The notes under the pieces are model-generated. The model had not been told where the DNA came from, ran no database searches, and worked only from the letters and a program-made list of their open reading frames with translations. From assembly GCA_965223345.1 (NCBI GenBank), contig CBDCWG010000012.1, positions 384,001 through 448,000 of the forward strand: a DNA stretch of 64,000 bases, given 5' to 3'. Positions within the stretch are counted from its first letter, which is position 1, and the number at the start of each line of letters is the position of its first letter. Both the position numbers and the translations under genes were made by a program. Shown one piece after another: positions 45,540 through 54,361 of the stretch. This DNA is from Nitrospinales bacterium. GTDB lineage: Bacteria; Nitrospinota; Nitrospinia; Nitrospinales; VA-1.

Positions 45540-48500
45540 TCAGGGGCGGTTTTCTCCTGTCAGGACGGTGTTGTCCGAGGCGCGTTTTTGCGGCAGGCGG
45601 GTGGCGGCACGGGAGTTGCGGTTGCTGTCCGAATCTTCCTGAACGCTGGCCTGCTCGCGCAGCCGCTTCCGCGTGCGGGTCTTCGCCACTTCCACCTGCC
45701 CGCCCTCAAGCGGTCCCCAGAAACGTGCAAAGCCGCCCAGGCCCTCGTATTCGGATTTTTTCCCCGCCACTTCAAACAGTTTGAAATCCTTCTCGAACAG
45801 GTTGGCGACGAACGGCCCCGCACCCGAATCGGAGAGCGCTTCTCCCACAGAACGGACGCGGTTCACCGGCAGCGACGGCCCGGCGTATTCGCCTTCCAGG
45901 GTCTGAAAGCGGCTGGCCGTGGTTTCGGTGGACAACTGCGACAGGGTTTTGCCCGAACCGCCCACCGCCACGTTGCCGAAATCGCGGTTGATGAAGGTCT
46001 TGCTGCCGTCCGCGGCGGACACGTTGGCCTCGCCGGTGAGCGCGCCGAAATAGGATACCTTCACATCCCCGGTCCCCGCATGCTGGATGGAGGCGATGTT
46101 CAGGCTGTCGGTCTCGAACAGGTTGATCTCGCCATCGCCGCTGTTTGTGATGTTGACGCTGGCGATGCGGGTTTCGATCGGGTTCGATGCAGTGCCGAAT
46201 CCGGTGACGCTCTTAACGACGAGTCCGCCGCCGGGCGCGTCGATGTCGAGGCCGCCGTCGCTGTCGCCGTCGAAGACGCCGCCGTTGCCGGAGGTGAGCT
46301 GGATGGCGGAAGCGGACGCGCTGGTGCTGACGAGCCGGCCGGTCAGGTTGAGACCGCTATCGGCAGTGAGCGACAAGCCGCCGGATGCGGTTTGCGTTCC
46401 GTTCACTGTCAGGCCGTTGCCGCCACCCACCGTCGCCGTGAGCGTCCCACCCACACTGGATGTGCCCAGCGTCAGGGCGCTGTTTGTGAACAGGGTGGCG
46501 TTGCCGGAGGTGGTGGCGAGGTTCACCGGGCCGCCGAAAACATTGGCGGTATTGGTGAAGCTGACGCCGTTCGCCGCCGTGAAGCTGGCAACGCCGGAGG
46601 TGTTGAGCGTGCCGTCCGCCGCGTCGGAAATCGTGCCGCCGGAGAGAACCGTGAGCTCGGTGAAGGAAGACGGGTTGTTGGCAAATGCTACCTTTTTGCC
46701 TGCCGCCGAAGAGACCAGCGTGAGAGGCACGGCGGCGGTGAGGCCGTCCACGGTGATGCCGCCGTTGTTGGCGCCGCCGAGTGTGAAGCTGCCGGCGGTG
46801 ATGTTATTGAGATCGCCGGACCTCAACTGCAGGTCGCAGCTGCCGCCGCAGTCGGCGCTGTCGCCGACGCCGATGCTCGCTCCCGCCTGCGACACTTCGA
46901 TCGTCGTATCGGCGCTGCCGCTGCTGAGATTTCCGTCCACGGACAGTCCGGCGGTGGTGATCGAGAGGGCGTTGTCGGAGGTGGAAAGGTTTTTACTGGA
47001 ATCCAGCGTGAAGGAGCCGCTGCCGTTGCCGTCGGCGTCGGTGTTGAGCGCCACCGCGCCCTGAGCGGTGACGTCTGCGGACACATTCACGCCATTGCCC
47101 GCATTCACGTTGAGCGCGTTGAAGGCCGAGGCGTTGTTGGCAAACGAGACGGAAGATCCCGATTTCGTGGCGTTGAGGGTGAGCGTGCCGATGCCGCTGC
47201 CGTCGGCGGCGAGAACGTTGTCCACCGTGATGTCGCCGTTTGTGGCGTCGCCGACGATCAATTGATTCGCCGCGATGCGCTGCAACTCGGCGCCGGACAG
47301 CGACAGGGTTCCCGCCGCGTCGCCCAAGCCGATCGTGCCGCCTGTCGAGGAAGCCAGCGACGTTGCCGCCGCGCCGCTGGTGAGCGATCCGTTCAACACG
47401 ATGTCGCCTGCTGTGATGGAAAGCGCGTTGTCATTCGTGTTGACGGTTTTGCCGCCCGCCAGTGTGAACGCACCGCCGTCGCCGTCAGTGTCCGCATCGA
47501 TCGCGACCGCGCCCTGCGCCGTGAGGTCGTCGTTGAGTTGCAGACCGTCCGCCGAGTTCAGCGCCACCGCTCCCTGCGCCGTGACGCCGCCTGTCGTGGC
47601 CGACATCGTCAGCGCGCCGCCGGAAGTGACCGCAATGCCGCTCGCCAGCGTGATGCCCGTGCCGCCGTTCAAGATCGCGTTGCCATCGCTGGAAAAGTCG
47701 TTGCCGAACGTGAGTTCCGCACCGGAGGTGAGGCTTGCGTTGCCGGAAGAGGTGATGCCGCCGCCTGCGGAGCGCAGTTCCAGGTTACCGGCTGCATTGA
47801 CCGCCACGCCACCGGCCAGATCGATGCCGGAACTGCCGCTGCCGTCGGCGTTGCCGTTTAAAATCAGGCCGCCGCTGTCGGTTGTGACGTTCGCTGCGAC
47901 TGTAATGCCGTTACCCGCATTCGCGGTCAGGGCGTCGAAAGTGGACGCGTTGTTGGCAAACGTGATCGAAGATCCGGAACCTGTGGCGTTCAGAGTGAGC
48001 GTCCCGATACCGCTGCTGTCGGTGGCGCTGACGTTGTCCACCGTGATGCTGCTGGTCCCATCCCCCACGGTGAGCCCATTCGCTGTGATGCGCTGCAACT
48101 CGGCATCGGAGAGCAACAGGGTTCCCGCCGCGTCGCCCAGGCCGATCGTGCCGCCTGTCGAGGAAGCCAGCGTTGTCGTTCCTGTGCCGCTGACAATCGA
48201 TCCGTTCAGCACGATGTCGCCTGCGGTGATGGAAAGCGCGTTGTCATTCGTGGTGACGGTTTTGCCGCCCGCCAGTGTGAACGCACCGCCGTCGCCGTCT
48301 GTGTCCGCATCGATCGCGACCGCACCCTGCGCCGTGAGATCGTCATTCAGTTGCAGGCCGTTTGCCGAATTAAGTCCCACCGCGCCCTGCGCGGTGACAC
48401 CGCCGGTCGTGGTTGACATTGTCAGCACGCCGCCGGAAGTGACGGCGATGCCGCTCGCCAGCGTGATTCCCGTGCTGCTGTTTAGAGCCGCGTCGCCGGT

Positions 48501-50786
48501 GCTTGTGAAATCGCTGCCGAGCGTGAGTCTTCCACCGGAGGTGAGGGTCGCGTTGCCGGAAGAGGTGATGCCGCCGCCTGCGGAACGCAGTTCCAGGTTA
48601 CCTGCCGAATTGACCGCGACGCCGCTTGCCAGAACGATGCTGGAACTGCCGCTGCCGTCGGCGTTGCCATTCAAAATCAGGCCGCCGCCGTCCGTCGCGA
48701 TGTTCGCATCCACGGAAATGCCGTTGCCCGCATTCGCGGTCAGGGCATCAAAAGTTGAAGCACTGTTCGCAAACGTGATCGAGGATCCGGAACCTGTGGC
48801 GTTCAAGGTGAGCGTCCCGATACCGCTGCTGTCTGCGGCGCTGACGTTGTCCACCGTGATGCTGCTGGCTCCGTTTCCGACTGTGAGCCCTGCCGCTGTG
48901 ATGCGCTGCAACTCGGCGCCGGACACCGACATCGAACCCGCCGCGTCGCCCAGACCGATTGTTCCGCCGGTTGAGGAAGTGAGCGTCGTCGTCCCGGTGC
49001 CGCTGTCGATCGTGCCCTGCAAGTTCAGGTCTCTGCCGGACAACCTGATATTGTGATCGTTGGAATCCAGCGATCCCAATGAGAGGTTGCCGTTGGCCGT
49101 GATGTCGAGACTTCCGTTTGTGGTGATTTTATCCGCTGTGTCTTTAAATGTTATGTCGCCATTCCCGGCAAAGAGGGTGACGGAGCCGCTGATGTTGAGC
49201 GACAGAACGTCGTCGGAAAGATCGTTCAACGTGATGGACTTGTTCGCGGTGAGGTTGACGTTGTTGAAACCGGCGAGGGCTTCCAGGGTTTTCTCGTGGA
49301 TCGTGAAGGTCGCCGCGCCGCTGGCGGAGGTTCCCGCGCCGTCGGCGATGATGATGTGTTCGGGGTCCAGCAGCAGGGTGCCGGTGTTGCCGTTGGCAGC
49401 GCGGGTGTCCACGCTGCCGTCGAAATAGAGCTCCTCCTTGCCCGACACCTCGACGAAGCCGCCGTTGCCGCGCTGCCGCCCGCCCTGCGCCTGGACGCGG
49501 CCCAGGAACTGCATCCTGCGGTTGGCCCAGAAAATCACGCGGCCGCCGTCGCCCGTATTCAACGCATCGGCGAACACCGAAACGCCCTGCCCCACGGACG
49601 CATCGGTGGCGGTGAAATAGGGACCGCCGCCCTGGTAGTCGCCGCCCACCAGCACGTCGCCGCCGCCGCTGTCGCCGGAAACATCCAGCAGCGCGCTGCC
49701 GAACAGGTTGAGGTTCTCGCCGAACACGTGCACGCTGCCGCCGGTCTCACCGGCCCCGGTTCCCGAGGCGTCGAGCGTGCCCGAGACGTTCACCTGCCCG
49801 GTGTCGCCGCCCATCAACACGATTTTGCCGTTCTGTTCGACGGCGGTGCGCGCCTGCACGATGCCGGACAGGTTGATCACGTTGTCGAGCGCATGCCGCG
49901 CCGTGCTGACATCGAGACGCACGATGCCGCCGTCCGCGTGGATGGCGCCGGAATGATTCACCAATGCGGAGACCGGCTCGCCGTCGAGGCCGGTGAGCCC
50001 GCTGGCGAATTCCTGTCCCACACCCAGCTGCACCAGCCGGTCGCCGTACAGATCCAGGGTGAAGGTGCTGCCGGAGGCGAGGCTCACGCTGCCCAGGCGG
50101 GCGTTGATGACGCCGGAGTTTTCCACCCAGGGGGCAACGAGGGCGACCAGCCCGCCTTCACTGGCGGTGATGCGTCCGCGGTTGACCACGCCGGCTCCGG
50201 TGGATGACGGCAGATCGAATCGGAACTGTCCGGCGAGAAAATCCTCGTTGCGGATGTCGGTGGTGGTGGCGATCAGGCCGTTCACGTCGATCTGCGCATC
50301 GCGGCCGAACAGGATGCCGTTCGGGTTGATCAGCATGAGGTTGCCGTTGGAGGACAGTTTTCCCAGGATGTGCGACGGGTCGTTGCCGGTCACGCGGTTG
50401 AGGCTGGCGCTGTCCGCAGAGGGCAGTTGAAAATGGATGTGCTCGTTGACCTGGTTGCCGAAGCTGTCCCAATGGATGATGGCTTTGTCGGACGCCTGCT
50501 GGATCACCATTTTCTCCGGCGACACGGTTTCGATGGTTGCAGCGCCCGCCTGCACGCTGCCTCCTGAAGGCAGGGCGTACAGGTGCGACGGGAACACGCC
50601 CAGCAGATAGATCAGCCAGGAGACGACGCCGACCCAGCGGCCTTGCTTTCTGCGCGCAAACGCGAACACCAGTTTGCGTCTCGCGGACGATCTGGGCCGC
50701 GGCCGGGCCGGCGATCCGGCTTTGCCGGAAGACACCGGCTCAAGCAGGCCGGGGAACACCGATTTTCCGCTGTGCAATGCGTTCAT
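45540..50786 (-). CDS. Two-partner secretion exoprotein TpsA (filamentous haemagglutinin family)
   Basis: Signal peptide ending LYA-LPSGG; TPS domain (IIHWDSF, LNRVTGNDPS.ILG.LSSNG, INPNG); GGFVEVSG, GTLLLDP; G/S/T/N-rich beta-helix repeats. Confidence 0.9.
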   Translation of the reverse strand: MNALHSGKSVFPGLLEPVSSGKAGSPARPRPRSSARRKLVFAFARRKQGRWVGVVSWLIYLLGVFPSHLYALPSGGSVQAGAATIETVSPEKMVIQQASDKAIIHWDSFGNQVNEHIHFQLPSADSASLNRVTGNDPSHILGKLSSNGNLMLINPNGILFGRDAQIDVNGLIATTTDIRNEDFLAGQFRFDLPSSTGAGVVNRGRITASEGGLVALVAPWVENSGVINARLGSVSLASGSTFTLDLYGDRLVQLGVGQEFASGLTGLDGEPVSALVNHSGAIHADGGIVRLDVSTARHALDNVINLSGIVQARTAVEQNGKIVLMGGDTGQVNVSGTLDASGTGAGETGGSVHVFGENLNLFGSALLDVSGDSGGGDVLVGGDYQGGGPYFTATDASVGQGVSVFADALNTGDGGRVIFWANRRMQFLGRVQAQGGRQRGNGGFVEVSGKEELYFDGSVDTRAANGNTGTLLLDPEHIIIADGAGTSASGAATFTIHEKTLEALAGFNNVNLTANKSITLNDLSDDVLSLNISGSVTLFAGNGDITFKDTADKITTNGSLDITANGNLSLGSLDSNDHNIRLSGRDLNLQGTIDSGTGTTTLTSSTGGTIGLGDAAGSMSVSGAELQRITAAGLTVGNGASSITVDNVSAADSSGIGTLTLNATGSGSSITFANSASTFDALTANAGNGISVDANIATDGGGLILNGNADGSGSSSIVLASGVAVNSAGNLELRSAGGGITSSGNATLTSGGRLTLGSDFTSTGDAALNSSTGITLASGIAVTSGGVLTMSTTTGGVTAQGAVGLNSANGLQLNDDLTAQGAVAIDADTDGDGGAFTLAGGKTVTTNDNALSITAGDIVLNGSIVSGTGTTTLASSTGGTIGLGDAAGTLLLSDAELQRITANGLTVGDGTSSITVDNVSATDSSGIGTLTLNATGSGSSITFANNASTFDALTANAGNGITVAANVTTDSGGLILNGNADGSGSSGIDLAGGVAVNAAGNLELRSAGGGITSSGNASLTSGAELTFGNDFSSDGNAILNGGTGITLASGIAVTSGGALTMSATTGGVTAQGAVALNSADGLQLNDDLTAQGAVAIDADTDGDGGAFTLAGGKTVNTNDNALSITAGDIVLNGSLTSGAAATSLASSTGGTIGLGDAAGTLSLSGAELQRIAANQLIVGDATNGDITVDNVLAADGSGIGTLTLNATKSGSSVSFANNASAFNALNVNAGNGVNVSADVTAQGAVALNTDADGNGSGSFTLDSSKNLSTSDNALSITTAGLSVDGNLSSGSADTTIEVSQAGASIGVGDSADCGGSCDLQLRSGDLNNITAGSFTLGGANNGGITVDGLTAAVPLTLVSSAAGKKVAFANNPSSFTELTVLSGGTISDAADGTLNTSGVASFTAANGVSFTNTANVFGGPVNLATTSGNATLFTNSALTLGTSSVGGTLTATVGGGNGLTVNGTQTASGGLSLTADSGLNLTGRLVSTSASASAIQLTSGNGGVFDGDSDGGLDIDAPGGGLVVKSVTGFGTASNPIETRIASVNITNSGDGEINLFETDSLNIASIQHAGTGDVKVSYFGALTGEANVSAADGSKTFINRDFGNVAVGGSGKTLSQLSTETTASRFQTLEGEYAGPSLPVNRVRSVGEALSDSGAGPFVANLFEKDFKLFEVAGKKSEYEGLGGFARFWGPLEGGQVEVAKTRTRKRLREQASVQEDSDSNRNSRAATRLPQKRASDNTVLTGENRP
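47070..48995 (-). repeat. About 2.4 tandem copies of an 813-bp (271-aa) unit within tpsA
   Basis: GATGCGCTGCAACTCGGC recurs at 47274, 48087 and 48900; GATCGTGCCGCCTGTCGAGGAAGCCAGCG recurs at 47331 and 48144. Confidence 0.85.
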
Positions 50787-50789
50787 GGT

Positions 50790-52520
50790 TCAGTACCTCG
50801 CAGACACGCTGAAGAACACGCGCGGATCGCGGTCCCCTTCTGCGGAAACCTTGCGGTTCAAGGGAAAGTCCACTTCGATGTAGCCGGAAAGAACATCCGT
50901 CAGGTTGAAGCGCGCGCCCAGCCCGGCAGATGTCAGATCCTGCCTGCGGGCCCCGGTTGCGGTATCGACCCGGTTCCACACCATGCCGTAGTCGAAAAAT
51001 GTGTAGGCCTGCAGGTCGCGCAGAAAGCGCTTGCGCACGGCGATGGCGCGCTGCAGTTCCAGCTTGAACGCCAGCCCCTGATCGCCGGTGATCTCGGAAG
51101 GATCGTAGGCCCGCCCGTACGTGCCGCCGCCGACGCCGAATTCCTCGGAAGCCAGGAGCTTGTCGAACGCGTATTGCCAGTCCACGGAACCCAGCAGCAT
51201 CCAGGAGGGAACCAGCTGCTGCAGACGGGTGAAGCCGCCGGTGAATTTTGTGAAATCGCTTTTACCCTGGGCGCGCGTGAGGTTCGCCGAACCGGGCTCG
51301 GTGGCGTCGAGGATGTTGAGCCCCTGATGAAATCGCAGGCGGATCAGATTGACGCCGCGGAAGCGGTCGGCGTAGTCGTAGGTCGCGCCCAGATCGAGGA
51401 CGCGCAAACGGTCCTCGGAGTCGATGACGCCGAGGATCTCGGTCTCGGTGTTGCGGTGGGTGTAGCCGATCTGCGCGCGCAGCGATTCGCCGCGCGAACG
51501 CAAAAACGGATGCGACCAGCCGAAACGGAAGCTGTGGCTCTCGCCTTCCACGTTGAACACGGCGAGGCTGGAACCGGGCTCGGAGCGGCTGACGGTGCCC
51601 GATAAAAAAAACTGCGTGCCTTCGGCGGAGACGGGCAGGTCGAAAAACGCGCGCACAAAGTACAGCTCGCTGGGGTCGCCGGTGACCACGCCCTGCACGC
51701 CGAGACGCTCGTAAGCGTTGAGCAGGTTGTTTGAGGACGCGCCGGCAAACAGCTGCACCGGGCCGTTGAAGCGGGTGCCGCGGTTGTCCACGCCGAGATG
51801 GGCGTTGTAGGCTTGCTGGTCGAGGATCAGGGTCAGCCGCGACGCGCCGGAGTTCTGCTCGGAAGGCGTGAGCACGGATTCGACCGAAAGGCCCGGCAGG
51901 TCGTCCATCAGCAGCAGGTAGCGTTCCAGGTCCTTCGCGTGCAGCGGCCGGGAATTCAACAGCCGCTTGCGGTAGGCGTTGAGCAGCTTTTTCGGTCCCT
52001 CGATGTCGCCCTGCACTCTCACGCTGTCCACATAACCTTCGACGATGTCGATGACGGCGGCGCCGTTTTCGATGGTCTGCGGCGGCACCAGCGCGCGGGA
52101 CAGGATGTAGCCGTCGTTGCGGTATTTGCGGGTGATGGCGTTGGCGACTTTATAGATGTGCTCCAGCGTCACCTCGCGCAGCAGCAGTTTGCGGTACAGG
52201 GGAATGAACTGGGTGTCGGCATAAACGGTGGAGCCGCGCACCTTCAGTTCCTTGAGTTGAAACCGGACCTTTTTGAGGTTCTGCGGAAACAGCGGTTTGA
52301 GGGTGTCGGGCTGGATGGGGACGACCGTGGACTCGGGAACGGGCGGGATTTCGAAACGCTCGTCGAAACGCTCGGGATTCGCCTGTTTGTAGGTCTGATC
52401 GCGTCCCTGGGGGCTGATCTGCGCCGCGAGGGTGCCCGCAAAAACCAGCTGCAGCACAAACACCGCGAGCCATCCGGTTACGGTCTTCAAACCGTTGTCT
52501 TTAGTAAAGAAAAATTCCAT
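50790..52520 (-). CDS. Two-partner secretion transporter TpsB (ShlB/FhaC/HecB family)
   Basis: POTRA motifs (ITRKYRNDGYILSRA.VPPQ, LERYLLLMDDLPG), DNRGT, GRAYD, terminal FSVSARY; start set downstream of the sigma54 site. Confidence 0.88.
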   Translation of the reverse strand: MEFFFTKDNGLKTVTGWLAVFVLQLVFAGTLAAQISPQGRDQTYKQANPERFDERFEIPPVPESTVVPIQPDTLKPLFPQNLKKVRFQLKELKVRGSTVYADTQFIPLYRKLLLREVTLEHIYKVANAITRKYRNDGYILSRALVPPQTIENGAAVIDIVEGYVDSVRVQGDIEGPKKLLNAYRKRLLNSRPLHAKDLERYLLLMDDLPGLSVESVLTPSEQNSGASRLTLILDQQAYNAHLGVDNRGTRFNGPVQLFAGASSNNLLNAYERLGVQGVVTGDPSELYFVRAFFDLPVSAEGTQFFLSGTVSRSEPGSSLAVFNVEGESHSFRFGWSHPFLRSRGESLRAQIGYTHRNTETEILGVIDSEDRLRVLDLGATYDYADRFRGVNLIRLRFHQGLNILDATEPGSANLTRAQGKSDFTKFTGGFTRLQQLVPSWMLLGSVDWQYAFDKLLASEEFGVGGGTYGRAYDPSEITGDQGLAFKLELQRAIAVRKRFLRDLQAYTFFDYGMVWNRVDTATGARRQDLTSAGLGARFNLTDVLSGYIEVDFPLNRKVSAEGDRDPRVFFSVSARY

Positions 52521-52697
52521 TCGCAGAATACTTATCGGCCACAGAAAAAATTTTTTTAGGCGCGGCTGCACACACGGCGGAGAAACCGGTCGGATCCCGG
52601 GAACAGGGGGGAGGTGTTCCCGCTGCGAACCGGCTGAACGCGGCGCGGCTTTGGGATGGAGATGCGTGCCGATGGCACGCATCCATCGGTTCAGATG

Positions 52698-52713
52698 AGC
52701 AAGCTCTGTGCCA
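52698..52713 (-). promoter_or_regulatory. Sigma54 (RpoN) -24/-12 promoter upstream of tpsB-tpsA
   Basis: Minus strand TGGCAC-AGAGC-TTGCT, an exact match to TGGCAC-N5-TTGCW, oriented toward tpsB. Confidence 0.7.
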
Positions 52714-53028
52714 AAGGCCCGCATTAACTGTTGGAGAAACAAGGCGTTTAAAACAAACGGCTAATAGGGGAGGCGCGCCGGGAAGCGCGTGACGGCGTGG
52801 AAAAAACAGGAAAATAGTTCCGCAGGCGGACGCTTTTTACCGGGTGGAAGGCCGGTTTTTCAGGCGTTTTGGGTGGGGGAGCCGGGATAGAGACCTAACA
52901 CCAAATAAAACAATCATCTCGCATTTTAATGCGTTACACTGGAAGGAACGGCGGGATGTTCCGCAGCCGCAATCATCCGGCCGCAGGCGACATTCATCCG
53001 ATCAACAGAACGAATCACGAACCGGGAC

Positions 53029-53223
53029 ATGGAATCTGCCAGCAAACTCAAAACATTGAACATGTGCGATTTCTGCAGCAAGGAACCCAAAACCTGCGGC
53101 GCCACCCCGGTCTACGCGCGCAAGATCAACCGGAAACCGAAAAATCTCGCCGATCCGCAATCCGTGATCGCGTGTTCGGGTTACGAAAACCCGATGGACG
53201 CGTTGCGCGATAAATTTCATTGA
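53029..53223 (+). CDS. Small Cys-rich hypothetical protein, 64 aa
   Basis: NMCDFC-x6-C...VIAC; host-like codon usage. Confidence 0.55.
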   Translation: MESASKLKTLNMCDFCSKEPKTCGATPVYARKINRKPKNLADPQSVIACSGYENPMDALRDKFH

Positions 53224-53312
53224 TTTGTTCCCACACCCCGTTTCGCCTCCCGAACCGACACCCCCGCCAACGCCCTAACCTCCGATATTACTGGGCTCTG
53301 CCGGCCTTTTTG

Positions 53313-53342
53313 TTGACACATTTGTGACTTCAACTTCATGCT
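53313..53342 (+). promoter_or_regulatory. Possible sigma70 promoter
   Basis: TTGACA(53313)-N18-CATGCT upstream of the ORF at 53442. Confidence 0.35.
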
Positions 53343-53441
53343 TCCGTGATACCCGCTCCCTATACTCCGAGATGCTGCAGGGAAATGTACGTGCATTTTT
53401 TCCCGGCGCATTCGTTCAATATCAAACACGGAAGAGGTCTC

Positions 53442-53849
53442 ATGAACAGCAGTGATGAGTCAAAAAGAAAACTGGTCGAGTTTTTGTGGGTTGAAATCAA
53501 CCGGGCCATTCTCACATCCAAGGAAGTGAAATCCTCTATAAAAATCCTGCGGGATCTGGATCTGCTGGACCATTTGTCGGATTACAACCTGGTCCTCGAC
53601 GTCAACGCACTGGTCGATCTGATCCAGAGAAACGAAACCATCCGCGAGTCCAAGGACCGCCGCGCCGGAGACAAACCGGAAGTGCAGGACAAGGCCGCCG
53701 TGGATCGCGACGAGATCAAGCCTTTGGATATGGTGGATGGAAAAGAGCTGAGCCGCAATGAAGTCCAGTTTCAAAAGCACATGGAAAAGAACTTCGACGA
53801 GGGAGAATGGATGAAACAGATCGGCATCCGTTTCCTCAACAGCGACTGA
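53442..53849 (+). CDS. Hypothetical protein
   Basis: RBS GAGG; 135-aa ORF; C-terminal VDGKELSRNEVQFQKHMEKNFDEGEWMKQIGIRF looks like a conserved block. Confidence 0.65.
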   Translation: MNSSDESKRKLVEFLWVEINRAILTSKEVKSSIKILRDLDLLDHLSDYNLVLDVNALVDLIQRNETIRESKDRRAGDKPEVQDKAAVDRDEIKPLDMVDGKELSRNEVQFQKHMEKNFDEGEWMKQIGIRFLNSD

Positions 53850-53862
53850 CCCGTTCGCAGGC

Positions 53863-54120
53863 TCAGTTCTGCACGTTGTCGGCGATGACGACCACGTGAT
53901 TCTTGTTGACCGCGAGAAACTCCGCTTCATACATCAGCTTTCCGGTGCCCACATTGAAGACCTTGGCGCCGGACACGGGAATGAACCCCTCGCTCTCGTG
54001 GTTGAGCATGTCCAGCAGGCGGGTTTCGGGGATCTTGAAAATGGTTCCTTCGATGTTTTCGCTGGACGTGCGGATGATGGCATCGATCTTTTCCTTTTTG
54101 ACCACGCTTTTGTAAACCAT
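53863..54120 (-). CDS. Small beta-rich protein (DUF6812-like)
   Basis: IEGTIF...RLLDMLN..FIPVSGAKV....FLAVNKNHVVVI; RBS AGGAGGAG. Confidence 0.7.
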   Translation of the reverse strand: MVYKSVVKKEKIDAIIRTSSENIEGTIFKIPETRLLDMLNHESEGFIPVSGAKVFNVGTGKLMYEAEFLAVNKNHVVVIADNVQN

Positions 54121-54361
54121 GTCGCTCCTCCTGTTTTTCCCCCTGTGAGTGATTGAGCCGCGCGGATCGTTGCGGAAGGATCCGCATCCCTTCGTCCCGC
54201 GTCCCGGTTCATTATCGGCCTGTGGCTGCGATGAGGACAGAACTATTTTTGCCCCGCCTCAAAGCGCCGCCTGTGAAATTTACAACCCCGCCGCCTTGTG
54301 TTAGGATTCGCCCCACCACCTGATTCGTATGGGCCCCGCTTCACTGGATACCGACCGAACC

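Noticed and set aside
45540..52520. Contact-dependent inhibition (CdiBAI) locus
   Set aside because: No VENN/pre-toxin motif or recognisable toxin domain, and no co-oriented immunity gene after tpsA.
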